A DNA stretch of 64,000 nt from the human T2T-CHM13v2.0 reference genome, Homo sapiens: NCBI RefSeq assembly GCF_009914755.1, contig NC_060926.1; one strand, written 5' to 3'. The notes under the pieces were generated by a model, which searched no databases, was not told the DNA's origin, and saw only the letters and a program-made list of their open reading frames with translations. Shown piece by piece: positions 47,400 through 61,691 of this stretch (within the stretch, counting starts at the first letter, position 1; each line of letters opens with the position of its first letter). A program made the translations under genes and the position numbers.

Positions 47400-47925
47400 A
47401 GGGTGATTTGCAAGGTGACTCCGCCGGTCTCTTTCAAGCGGGAGCGATACACAGGTCAGCCCGGATCGTCCATGGTCACTGCCGTAAGTGACACTAACAG
47501 AATATATCAGAAAATCACTGCCTTTAAAGAACCAGGACATATCATTCCTCTCTCCAACGAAGTCTTATATTTTACCATTCTGCGTGTATTAGAAAGCTAA
47601 ATTTAAACAGCAACAATAAGAAATCTTCCCCAGTGGATCCCTCGAGCCTTTCGGGAAAATGCAGGTTTCTGGCTGACAGGAAGAAGAAACAGCATCCAAT
47701 CGGCACTTGTGTCTCAATGACCAATCAAATTTCGCCTTACATTGCATCGCTGGGATAAACGGAGCTGGACGACTCAGTCTCTTGGTCTGTGGCTGCTGCG
47801 GTTACCTGGATGGGCGAGCACCTCTGAGGCTGGCTTTGTTACCTGGGCAATAAGGGACTAGCAGTTCAGCCGTTTTCTATGCCTGCTGGATTTGTTTGTA
47901 TTTGTTCCCAGCCACTGCTCATGTA
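47400..47925 (+). promoter_or_regulatory. DUSP19 promoter / 5' leader with two CCAAT boxes and an X-box-like element
   Basis: Local CpG enrichment; CCAAT at 47696-47700 and 47721-47725; GTTACCTGGGCAAT at 47838-47851. Confidence 0.65.
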
Positions 47926-47926
47926 A
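47879..47926 (+). other. u[18 protein letters not shown] overlapping the DUSP19 start codon
   Basis: ATG 47879 in frame to ATG-TAA 47921-47926; the last A of TAA is the A of the DUSP19 ATG. Confidence 0.65.
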
Positions 47927-48151
47927 TGTACTCCCTTAACCAGGAAATTAAAGCATTCTCCCGGAATAATCTCAGGAAGCAATGCACCAGGGTGACAACG
48001 CTAACTGGAAAGAAAATTATAGAAACATGGAAAGATGCCAGAATTCATGTTGTGGAAGAAGTAGAGCCGAGCAGTGGGGGTGGTTGTGGTTATGTGCAGG
48101 ACCTTAGCTCGGACCTGCAAGTTGGCGTTATTAAGCCATGGTTGCTCCTAG
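47926..48151 (+). CDS. DUSP19: Dual-specificity phosphatase 19 (SKRP1), coding exon 1
   Basis: [37 protein letters not shown]...[11 protein letters not shown]; donor G|GTGAGT at 48152; 226 nt. Confidence 0.95.
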
Positions 48152-50202
48152 GTGAGTATATCGACTTGCCACTAGATCATTGAGTCCTTTTAGCCAGATT
48201 ACGTTCTCATTTTCCCCCTTTATGCGTAATAGTCTGTATTATCAGCTATCCTGCCGAAAAGCTGAACTGTTTCCTTTTTTGGATATGGAACTTCCATTAG
48301 CCAGCTAGAGCCGTTTCTGCCTCACAGTGTACCCATAAGAAGCATAGATGCTATTCTCGTAGCACTTGGCACTGCATATTTGAATTTTAGAAAAGCTTTC
48401 TTCCCGTTTCTCTAACTTCTCTGGAGAATAACACATTGATGTTGTGTTTTCTTGGCTTATAAAAAATACAGCTTGAAAAAAAAGGAATGAAAAAAGAATG
48501 TTTGTATCAGGCAGAACTACAAGTGACAATGGTTAAAGTTATAGAAAAGTTAATACTCGAAATAGTCCTGTGCTTGCTGGCCTGCGCAGCTCTTACAGAC
48601 CGTGCGGAATACATGCCTCCTGTGGCCACGTCTGTTCATGGTGTCTGTTTTTGGAGTGTTTAAGAGAAGGAGATCTTAAGATCTTATGATTTATTTCGTA
48701 TTATGGAAATACTGAGCCCCTATACAAGCATAGTTCACAAATAGCAAATGAAGCAAGGTTATAAAAGTGCAAACTTGTTAATTTGGCAAGAATATGGTAT
48801 GGTGTTCTTAAAAAAATAGTCAAGAATGTTTTCAAGTACGTCTGAATTATTTCTATTTATGAATAGAGAAATTAAGACTTGGAAAGACTAAATGACTTAT
48901 CACTATGCAGCTAAGGCATTCTTGAATAGAGAGAAGACTGAGAAATAGCCCAGGTGCTGTTCACCTAGTGTCTTACTCCTTTGAGGAATCCTGTGAAGTA
49001 GGGATTATCAGCTTTGTTTTACAAATAGAAACCAGGATTTAAAATTGGTGAAGTAATTTACACAAGGTAACACACCTGGTAAATAACAGACGTATGCATC
49101 AAGCCCAAGTCTGATGGACTCCTGCTGTCCATTGTTATACTAGGCTGCCTCACATAGACCAAGTTTTCAATCCTGCTCCGCCTCTAATTTACTAGATTAG
49201 CTGGTGCAAGCCATTTATCCTTTCTGGTCCTCCAAAAAGCCATTTGTAAAGATGAAGTAACAGTATCTGCTTATGTCATAGGATCCTCCTGAGGTTGTTG
49301 TAAAAGGTTTTTGATGCAAATCAATTGCAGTGTACATATAAGTTATTAAATATTATATGAATTGTTACATAGGCTGTCTTTAAATTCACCAAATAAATGT
49401 CTCTAACTAGTTTCTACAGTCCCGTGAAAAACTGTACCATATTCTTGTCACATTTACAGTGAAAAAGTGAGTTATTTAGGTAATCTGAAAAGTTCACCTA
49501 GGCCCTGCTCACCATATCTAGGAAAGAAAATATGTCCCGGCACATTTTTCAGTTATTTTGGCTTCCACTGTAGTAATCATGGCTTGGAATAATTATGGTA
49601 GAATTTTCATATATCATTCACCAATTTAGGGTCTTCATGAACTTTGCTTATTACTATTATTTGTGGACTTACCCAAAGTGAACTGATCAAGGTAGTGTTC
49701 TGAGATTGGGGTTGGAAACCTCCCCAGGATAGTGGGAGAGTCCTGGGAGGAACTTCTGAAACTAGCCCTAATAAGGTCTTCTCTGGAATGGGATACTTTC
49801 ATCAGGAGCAACCTCCTCCCTTCTGAAAGCTCACCTTTTTCTGCCTAATTACAAGTGCCTCATTCCTAAAGGATCCATGGGTGGTTCCACCCGCAGTTCT
49901 TCTACATGAATGTTGAAAGAGTTGTTTCTGACCAGACTTAGTTTACGTCTGGGAGACTGGGGTTGTTTGCAGGTTGGTTCTAAGAGCTTCTTTCACCTCC
50001 TCAAAGCGACACAGCTTCCTCCCAGCATCGCATGCCAAACAACTTTTGGTTTGGGTGATGAATAAAGAAAATGAAGAGTTGTAAAAATGTAATCTTTTTT
50101 AGTTCGTAAACTCTAAAAAGTGACTGCATTTAAAAAATATTACATAGGCCCTCGAACCATTTAAAAATGGAGAAAAGATTTTAGACAGCATTTTTGTCCT
50201 AG

Positions 50203-52090
<1,888 letters not shown>

Positions 52091-52498
52091 CTCACAATGT
52101 TGTTCAGGCTTACATTTCTTATTTCTAATGGTGGTAATGGCTGTATGTATTTCACTACACAATTATACCATTTTTTATTTAATGCAACAGCTATTATTGG
52201 GCTTTTAGTGTTCTTTTGTTTTTGCTTTGTTTATATTACAAACAATACTATGGTGAACATCCTTACAGCTAATCTTTGCAACATCTATAACTTTTAGGAC
52301 AAATTTTTAGAAGTAGGATTTCAGAGTCCAGGAGTTTATGTAGGATGACTGTTATCAAATTGCCCTTCAGAAAGTTGGACTAAGGTCCTTCCAAGTTGTT
52401 GGTCTTTTTTTTTTAATAACAGAATTGCTGTAGAAATTTATATAAAAGTTCAAGATGATTATATTTGTGTTCAAGGTGGTATCATTTATTTCTTCTAG

Positions 52499-52545
52499 GG
52501 TCACAAGATGCTGCTCATGATTTGGATACACTGAAAAAGAATAAG
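52499..52545 (+). CDS. DUSP19: DUSP19 exon 2
   Basis: ttcttctAG|GG TCA CAA GAT GCT GCT CAT...AAT AAG|GTAAAA; completes (G)SQDAAHDLDTLKKNK in phase with exon 1; matches the DUSP 'LLLGSQDAA' motif. Confidence 0.93.
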
Positions 52546-53429
52546 GTAAAAAAATGCTTTAAGTCTGGCACCATATACACAGAATATTTTAATTGTTTTA
52601 TTTAGGAAAAACTGTATTGGTCCATCTTTGGTATATTATGGAGTTTATTTGGTAACATTTTGGCTATCATTTCAATAGAGTTGAAAAATAATTGGCACAT
52701 AATTCAAATATGTGGATCTGTAATCTGTCTTTCCAGTTTTACATTCTTCTTGATCTCCTTCATGTACCCTCATGAACCTGACCTTGGAGGCATGTCTTTC
52801 TTGCCTGTGTTTATGTAGTTCCTCTGTGTGGGATAGACTTTCCCTCATCTCTGCTTGTCCAAGACCTGTCCATACCTTAAGTCCCAACTCACATACCACG
52901 TCTTCTGTAATGCCATTTCCAGCCACTCTACTCCATACAACTGATGTGATTTATTACATATTTACTCAAAAGGATTTTTAGCCCTCTACCATTTTTTTGA
53001 GTACTGTTTCAGGTCATGGAATTGCTGTAGGTGAAGGAGTGCAAGAGATTCTTGTTCACTTGAAGCGTATGACCTAAGGGGCAGACAGAGAAGAGAGACA
53101 AGCAGCTACCGAACAGCGTTTGTGTGCTTTGATGGGGAAGTGCAGGGTGCTGTAGAAGTGCATAGGAGATGATGCTCTTAACCCATGTTTGGTTTGGTTT
53201 GTTTTTGGGGGGATAAGTGAGTCAGGGGAGACTTCCTGGAGGAAGTGATATTGAAGTATTTCTCTGAAGAGGCTAGGAAAGGAGTAGACAGCCTGTAATC
53301 CCAAGGCTTTGGGAGGCCAAGGCAGGAGGATTGGTTGACCCCAGGAGTTCGAGGTTACAGTGTGCTATGATTTTGCTACTGTACTCCAGACTGGGCGACA
53401 AAGCAAGACTCTATCTCAAAAAAAAAAAA

Positions 53430-54830
53430 GAAAGTAAAGTGTTCATACAGAATAAATGATATGTGTGAAGGCCCAGAAGCAAGAGAAAGGTGGATGCTTT
53501 CAGGGACAGAAAAGTTCAGTGACCCTGGAATAGAGAGTGTGAGAAAGAAGGGCACCAAGAGACAAGGCCAGAGAGAGAGGTAAGCATGAGCCAGATCACA
53601 AAAGGCCATGTAAGCCAAAGTTAGTTGTGTGGACTTGATCCAAAAGACTATGGAAAGCCACTGAGAAGTTACCCAGAGATGTAACAAGGTCAAATTTGCA
53701 GTTCAGAAAGATTTCTCATTAGAAGCAGTGTGGAAAATCGATTGGAGGGTTGCTCAAGTTAGAGATGGGGGAAACTGGTTATAAAGCTATTGCAGTAATC
53801 TAAGGAAAAGATGATAATGGCTGAGATTAAGATTTAGTGGAGATAGAATTAGATAGATGTGAGGGGTTTTTTAGAGGGTAGAATTCTTAAAATTTGATTA
53901 CTTATGAGGCAGGATAGGGAGTGGGGCTAAGGGAGAAGGAGGAGTCAAGGCTGATGTCTAGCTTTCTTTGGTAACTAAGTAAAGTTATCGTTCCATGAGA
54001 TTGAAAGCAACGTAGAAGGAACAGGCTTTGAAGGAGAAACAGTGTGCTCAGTTCTGAACATGTTAGGTTTTGGGTGATGTGGATCATCTAGGTGGGTGGA
54101 TATGTAGGGTCTGAAGTTCAGAATAGAGGTGAATATATAGATTTAGGAATCTTCAGCTTTTAAGTAGTTACTGAAACCATTAGAATAGATGAAGCTGCCT
54201 GGGGAAAAGTGTAAAGTAAGAGAGAAGAGGGCCTATGACAGAATCTTATCACAGAACTGATAAATTGAGGAATATCACCCTATATGGAATGATCAAACAA
54301 AGAAGAGTCCGCAGTGGGAAAGGAGGATCTAAAAGAGGCCCAAAGAAGGTAAAACAAAAAGATGGTGTCATGGAAACTAAAGAGAATAGTGTTTTAAGGA
54401 GGAGAGAGTCAGCAATGTCAGATGCTGTAAAAGTTTAAGTACGATTAGGACTAAATTATATCCATGGGACTTGGTGACAGAGAGGTTGTTAGTGCGTTTG
54501 GTGGAAACAGTTTCATTTGAATTGGAGGCCAAAGCCATATTGCAAAAGATTGAGAAGTGAGGAAGTGATGGCAAAGGGAAAAAAAAAAAGAGAGAGAGGA
54601 GCCATAGGTGAGGAGGGGGAGGGGAGAGCTTTGAGCATGTTTTAAGGCTGATGGTAGAAGAAGGAATTGAAGATACAGAAAAGCAAGAATTATGACTATA
54701 GGGAGATGCCAAGAAAGTAGGAAGCACTGTGACTCCAAGCACAGGTTCTGGAATGAGCCTTATCGAAGATGCACGAGCACATCCTTCATTGTAATCAGAA
54801 GGCAGAGGGGAAGTACAGATGTGGACAAGG
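53430..54830. mobile_element. Degenerate L2 LINE segment
   Basis: Purine-rich L2 antisense motifs ('ggagtcaaggctgatgtctag', 'gggacttggtgacagagagg'); boundaries approximate. Confidence 0.55.
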
Positions 54831-54835
54831 TTGTT

Positions 54836-54878
<43 letters not shown>

Positions 54879-55518
54879 AGGCAGAGTCTCGCTCATTTGC
54901 TCAGGCTGGAGTGCAGTGGCATGATCGTGGCTCACTGCAACCTTTACCTCCTGGGTTCAAGTGATTCTCAGCCTTTGGATTATCTTAATGGACTGTCTGC
55001 CTGGCTTTCTTCCACATGGTTGGTGGACTCTAGGAAAAGGGGCTCAAATACATAGATGCAAGAGGAGGAGGTTGCTCAAGTGTACCATCTGAAAGAAAAT
55101 ATTTTACAACCACACCTCCCCTTACTTTTCAGCCAGATTGGTTCATCAGAATCTCTGGGTATGAGACCCTGTGTTATTGATAGTTTTTAAGAGTTCATCA
55201 GGTGACTCTAATGTGCAGTCATCCTGGAGAACCATTTTATAAAGTAAAGAATATGAAGGAAAATAGGGAAATAATTCTTGAAAGGGAAGTTGTATACCAC
55301 TGATACACTTCTCCTATTTAAGTTTTTATATGGATATTCACAGATTAATTCAACAAAGATTTTAAGCATTTTCTGCTAAACTCACTGCTCATTCGCTTAT
55401 AACACTAAGTTAAACATGGTCCCTACCCTCATGGAGTTTCTAGTGCAGTGAAAGAGAAAAACAATCTCTAAATGGCATGAGCTATAATAGGGCAAGTCCA
55501 GGGCTATGAAAATATATA

Positions 55519-55836
<318 letters not shown>

Positions 55837-56033
55837 TTAAAAGAGAGAGAGAGAGAGAGAAAACATATAGTAGAAGGAGCACTTCTGGTGTGGGATTGAA
55901 GCAGTATTATCATTCAAGTGAGTCGCATTTAAATTTTTTACCTTTCTTGTTATAGATATCAACACCCCAGTCTCTTTTTAGGTAACCTAATTCATGGGAT
56001 TTAAAACAATCATCTTTTTTCTTTCTCTTTAAG

Positions 56034-56186
56034 GTGACTCATATTCTTAATGTTGCATATGGAGTTGAAAATGCTTTCCTCAGTGACTTTACATATAAGA
56101 GCATTTCTATATTGGATCTGCCTGAAACCAACATCCTGTCTTATTTTCCAGAATGTTTTGAATTTATTGAAGAAGCAAAAAGAAAA
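56034..56186 (+). CDS. DUSP19: DUSP19 exon 3
   Basis: Polypyrimidine tract + taAG|GTG ACT CAT...; [51 protein letters not shown]; donor AAA|GTGAGT; 153 nt, phase 0-0. Confidence 0.95.
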
Positions 56187-57035
56187 GTGAGTTTTGTTTT
56201 GATCCATAGTTCTGCAGAAGCAGAAATTTGAAAGTGTGGATCCATTACCCAATCTTTATTATTTTTATAATGAATCTCTAAAAAACAATTATGAAATTTC
56301 CCTTCTAACAATATTTCATTATTTCCTACAATTATTTGGTTAATTGCTCTTTTTTCAATGAGATGTTTAGTTTCAACATTAATTCAGACTATAAAACAGA
56401 GACTGCTCTAGACTTGTTAGTGTATTTATGATGATTAATATGCATTTGATTTTAATGAATGAGATAGTTATTGTGAAACTATGCATTTTTAGCAGTAAAA
56501 TTTTAAGGCACTCTAAGGACTAAATGTGTATTGCTTTACTTAGATTGTATGAAAATGCTGATCAGAAACTGTCTGTTGGTTTTCTGAAGTTAGAAGACCA
56601 ATAGCCAATGTCATATAGTACTTCAGTCTTGTTATTGAAGTCAACATTCTGACAGGCAAAGTTTCTAGGTTGGCTGTTATCAACAATTATTCCTTGAAAT
56701 GTCATCATTTTTAGTCAGCAAATAATTCTTACAGGCTTTATGTAAGATACGTAGATGGGAAAGTAGAAGCATTTACAGAGAGAAATAACTCTTCTGGAAC
56801 ACCTAACAATGACAGGATTACAATCAGGTTTAATTGAACTCTGGCCTACCTTCTCTCCCTTTATCTTTTCTCCTTCCCATTTTCTCTTCCTCTCTCCCTT
56901 CTTTCCTTTCATTTAGTAATATTTATTGAATGCCTTAGGTGCCCAGCACTGTTCTACGTGCCTTCCTACTAGACTACCCAGAAAATATAAAACTATTCAA
57001 TTCTACTGTTCATCAACTTTACTTAATAGCAGATA

Positions 57036-57340
57036 CAGTCATGCACTGCATAATGATGTTTGGACTGCATATATGATGGTGGTTCCATAAGATTATAATA
57101 ATGTATTTTTACCATACCTTTTCTATGTTTATGTATGTTTAGATACACAAATACATACCATTGTGTTACTGTTGCCTACAAGTCAGTACAGTAACATCTG
57201 AACAGGTTTGTAGTCTTGGAGCAATAGGCCATACCATTCTAGGTTTGTGTGAGTGCACTCTGTGATGTTTACACCACGAAGAAACTGCCTAACAACACAT
57301 TTCTCAGAATGCATCACCATTGTTAAATGATGCACGACTG
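57036..57340. mobile_element. Tigger3/MER7-like DNA transposon
   Basis: TA-CAGTCATGCA...TGCACGACTG-TA inverted termini with TA TSD. Confidence 0.8.
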
Positions 57341-57365
57341 TATTTGGATGGAAGCAAAGGAAGAG

Positions 57366-57716
57366 GTTTTTTTTGTTTTTTGTTTTTTGTGTTTTTTTTT
57401 TTTGTTTTTTTTTTTTTTGAGATGCAGTCTCACTCTGTCGCCAGGCTGGAGTGCAGTAGTGTGATCTCGGTGCACTGTAACCTCCGGCTCACTGCAACCT
57501 CCGCCTCTCGGGTTCAAGTGATTCTCCTGCCTCAGCCTCCCAGGTAGTTGGGACTATAGGAGCACACTGCCACACCCGGGTAATTTTTTGTATTTTAGTA
57601 GAGACAGGGTTTCACCGTGTTGCCCAGGCTGGTCTTGAACTCCTGAGCTCAGGCAGACCACCTGCCTCAGCCTCCCAAAGTGCTAGGATTACAGGCATGA
57701 GCCACTGCACCTGGCC
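57366..57716 (-). mobile_element. Alu (AluS-like) with small internal duplication
   Basis: Antisense Alu; 'cactg(t/c)aacctccg' repeated. Confidence 0.88.
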
Positions 57717-58819
57717 AAGGGAGAGGTTTTCTAATTCAAAGCCTAATATTGGCCATTCTGTTTTCTTGTTAAAAAATTTACAGGCTCTGGATTGTAACAT
57801 TCCAGTGTGTGAGTTAATAGTTTTAAAAATAAAAAGGATGTTTCTGTATTGGCTCCTTCTCTAAGGAGATGTAGAATATGCCAGAGATGGCAAAGTATAG
57901 ATATCATCCATATTCATATTAACATTAGAAGAGATGTAAATGTTGCAAGTAAAAATTAGAGAGGTTAATCATATCTAGAAAGAAAAGCAAGAGATTGAAT
58001 ATTCTAATAAGCTTGGAATTTTAAATAAATTTAAAAAATAAAGTTTGCCTTAATTTGGGCCAGTAAATTAGAGTGGATTTTAGCTTGGGTTTCCTAAAAA
58101 TAAAGCCTGAGATGAGGATTTAGAGCTGATGCTTAATTTGAGAGGTACAATCTCTAGGCAGTGAGAGTGGCAAGAAAGGAAAGTGATTCAAGGTGGGACG
58201 AGAAGCAATACAAAGTGATGCGTTTACCCTGCTGGGCTCATTTCACAGTGAGCTGACTGTTGGCTATTCAGCAGGTACAGCTACTCTACCACCCAAAATA
58301 CCTCTGGACAGGCAGTACAAAGAAACTGCACCTCAACCCAGCCTGGAAGGGAGGATTTATCTGCCTGGCTTCCTGTCAGCTCCTGTTTCCCATTGGTCAA
58401 AGTTTGCCAGTGGGGATATAACCAACCCCACAATTCTAGGTTATAACATTCCACTCTTTCAGCAGCCACCTCGAAGCCAAATCTAACACCCAGTAATACA
58501 ACTTTTCAACCAAGTTGAGAATTAGAAAATCCAGAACTCAGAGTACGCCTGTCTATACGTGGACACCATGGAAGAAGAGCTCCTTCTTTGACAGGCAAAA
58601 GTGAAAGCAGGGGAGAGCAGTCAGCCATGGAGGTGGTAGCCGAGGTGGAGCATGCTGAGAGGGTCTGTGAGATGGCGGCACCACAGGAATCTGAGGAGCT
58701 GCAGAAAATGTTTCTGATAAGATGAATTAGATTTCAGAAATATGTTCTACCCTCTCAAGCCTTGTGTTTTATACTGGAATCCTAACCTCAGCCAATATTT
58801 CCCTGCCCTGAAAACTCAG

Positions 58820-59063
58820 TGCCGTGACACAATCTCAGCTCACTGCAACTCCACCTCCTGCACTCAAGTGATTCTCCTGCTTCAGCCTTCCTAGTAGCTG
58901 GGATTACAGGTGCGCACCACCATGCCTGGCTAATTTTTGTATTTTTAATAGAGACGGGGTTTTGCCATGTTGGCCAGGATGGTCTCAAATGCCTGACATC
59001 AAGTGATCCACCTGCCTCAGCCTCCCAAAGTGCTGGGATTATAGGCATGAGCCACCATGCCTG
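58820..59063 (-). mobile_element. Alu (AluS-like), tail end missing
   Basis: Antisense Alu lacking poly(T). Confidence 0.82.
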
Positions 59064-59696
59064 GAAGGCTAATATATATTTAGTTTTAGCAATAAAAATT
59101 CTTGAATTTTTTTCATTTTTTTTAAGAAAAGATCTCTTCATGCCTTTGTCTATTTTATATTCAAGTATTGTTAAATCTAATTACTCAGTGAATTACATGT
59201 TTCAAAACTACCTTTCTAGGCTATAGTTTGTTGTTTTCATCTTTTTGCATACCGTTGCCAAATGGAATGGATTCCATTTCCTAAGTCTTTACTCATTTCC
59301 CTCTGTACTTGCAAAACTCTATTTGGCTTCTCTGTCCTTCCTTTATGCCTAAAGGGACAGAAATACACCTGAGAAGAACAGTAATGGTAACTTCTATAGC
59401 CCAAAGAGTCCTTTTAGGAACTAAATTTATTTGTCCCCTCTTTTTATGTACAAAAGGTACAAAGTATAACAATGTGTATTTGATATTTCATGTTCATTGT
59501 TTATAAGATGTGATTTTAAAAACATGACGTAAGTAGTCCATGTTCTTTGTAGAAAAAATGGAAAATGCAGATGAAAATTAAGATACTTCCACACTTAGAT
59601 ATAAGCATTGTTAGCATTTTGATATATTTTTCTAGACCTATATATGTATTTTTATAAAAATAGTATCATACAGTTTATATTCTTTTATAGCCTGCC

Positions 59697-60039
59697 TTTT
59701 TTTTGGGAGGGCAACTTCATGACTTTATTTGTGGTACCTGTGCTTTATCTTGAAAATACCTTCTCCCCCTGTCCCAGACAGCGGGCTGGGAGGGGGCAGC
59801 AAAAAATAGAAGACTTCCCTCCCTATTGCACGTGGACCCTATGTACAGGCCCACCCGGCTGAGGCCAGCAGGCCTCTTGGCACATTCTTGGATCCCTGCT
59901 CAGGAGGGGAGGGCTGACGGGGTGCTATCACATGTGAGATCGGGAACTCTGGGCGGCCACTTTGGTCCTGGGTACTGATATTTGCACTTCTTGGTCCTCA
60001 GTTCCTTCCTGGTCCTGTCTCTGGCCCTAGTCCCCTCTG
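59697..60039 (-). pseudogene. 5'-truncated retrocopy of an unidentified mRNA 3' end
   Basis: TSD TATAGCCTGC (59686-59695, 60040-60049), poly(T) at 59697-59704, TTTATT (minus-strand AATAAA) at 59724-59729, GC-rich non-Alu/non-L1 body in AT-rich surroundings. Confidence 0.78.
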
Positions 60040-60247
60040 TATAGCCTGCTTTTTATACTTGATGATTCAAATCATTTAAAATTTTTGCACAGTATTCTGG
60101 TAGTTGGTGATTCTATAATTTATCTTATTTCCTGCTATGAGACATGTAAGCTGTTTGTAGTTTTTTGTTCAATAGAAGTAAAAGTTCATTAGAGAGACAT
60201 TATGGGTCTAAATAAGTACCTAAATTCACGAAGTTTTTAGATGCTTC

Positions 60248-60883
60248 TGTTACAAGTAGAGGGTCATGACTGCAAGTTGTCCAGGTTCTTGGCATTTTGA
60301 ACAAATAATTGGACAAAACGCCCATCAAAGCAAAGAAAGAATGAAGCAACAAAAGAGCAAAAGCAGGGATTTATTGAAAGTGAAAGCACACTCCACAGTG
60401 TCGGAGCAGGTCCAAGCAGCGGCCCAAGGGACAGGATACAGAATCTTCTTGGGTCCAAATACCCACTAGAAGTTTCCCAATGGCCACTTCATGCTCACCT
60501 TATGTAAATGAAGTGGTATCCTGCAGTCAGTCTGATTGGTTGGAGAAAGCAGCCAACCAGAGGCTGAAGTGAAGTTACAAAGGTCACGCTCCTGTGCAAA
60601 CATCTGATTGGTTGCAAAAAGCAACCAGTGAGAGGCTAGGGTGAAGTTACAAAGTTATACTTCTATGCAAACGAAGACTTGGCCTGCAATTAGTCTGATT
60701 GGTTGTGGACAGCAAATTTCCCATCTGCATGCAGAAAAGGTGAGGGGTTTGCAAAGGCAGTAGCCCCCGGTGCTTTTGTTACTTAGGTGTGGAAAGTTAG
60801 GGTTTTCCTTTGAATTTAGTTCTGGGAAATCGGAGTAAAACAGCCTTAGGTTCCCTGCCACCAGACCCTATTCTCTTGCTTTA
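60248..60883 (-). mobile_element. MER51-family solo LTR (ERV1)
   Basis: 636 bp with 4-bp TSD CTTC; repeated CTGATTGGTT (CCAAT) units; TTTATT poly(A) signal; end 'ccagaccctattctcttgcttta'. Confidence 0.82.
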
Positions 60884-61231
60884 CTTCTTCCATTTTGTTT
60901 CAAAGCAGTCTACCCATCACTTTTTTGTATTTGTCATATTTACATTCCCCTCTACTACTGTGGATAGTCATGAGTGGACTGTTCTGACCTGTGCTCCTCA
61001 AAGTGTTGTCCAGTTTGCTACCAGACCTCTGCAGGATAAGAAGGTTGTGCCTGAATATAAACCAAGACATTGCTTAGTTCTTTGAGAGATTTTGGCTACT
61101 CCCCCACCCCACCCAAACGCTGAACTAAGGAGTATATTTTTAGTGACAATTGATTTTCATTCCACTGCAAAATTCTTATTTCATCATAGGTGGCTGTCAA
61201 GCACTTGCAGACTATCACATTATACCCAAGG

Positions 61232-61685
61232 TTTTTTTAAGTTCTGGGGCACATGTACAGGATGTGCAGGTTTGTTACATTGGTAAACGTGTGCCATGGG
61301 GATTTGCTGCACTTATCAACCCATGACCTAGGTATTAAGCCCAGCATGCATTAGTTATTTTTCCTGATGCTCTCCCTCCTCCTACCCCACCTAACCCCGA
61401 CAGGCCCCCAGTTTGTGTTGTTCCGCTCCATGTGTCTATGTGTTCACGTTGTTCAGCTTCCACCTATAAGTGAGACATGCAGTGTTTGGTTTTCTGTTCC
61501 TGCGTCAGTTTCCTAAGGATAATGGCTTCCAGCTCCATCTGTGTCCCTGCAAAGGACATGATCTCATTCTTTTTATGGCTGCATAGTATTCCATGGGGTA
61601 TACGTACCACATTTTCATTATACAGACTATCATTGATTGGCATTTGAGTTGATTCCATGTCTTTGCTATTATGAATAGTGCTTCT
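61232..61685 (-). mobile_element. L1PA-type LINE-1 3' end (5'-truncated)
   Basis: 'acatgtacaggatgtgcaggtttgttacat', and on the minus strand the ORF2 C-terminal remnant [26 protein letters not shown]. Confidence 0.9.
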
Positions 61686-61691
61686 GCCCAA

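Noticed and set aside
56187-56231. ORF extension [14 protein letters not shown] after DUSP19 exon 3, vaguely like the 'VLVHC' catalytic motif
   Set aside because: Lies beyond a canonical GTGAGT donor, lacks the catalytic Cys and Arg, and is most simply intron read-through.
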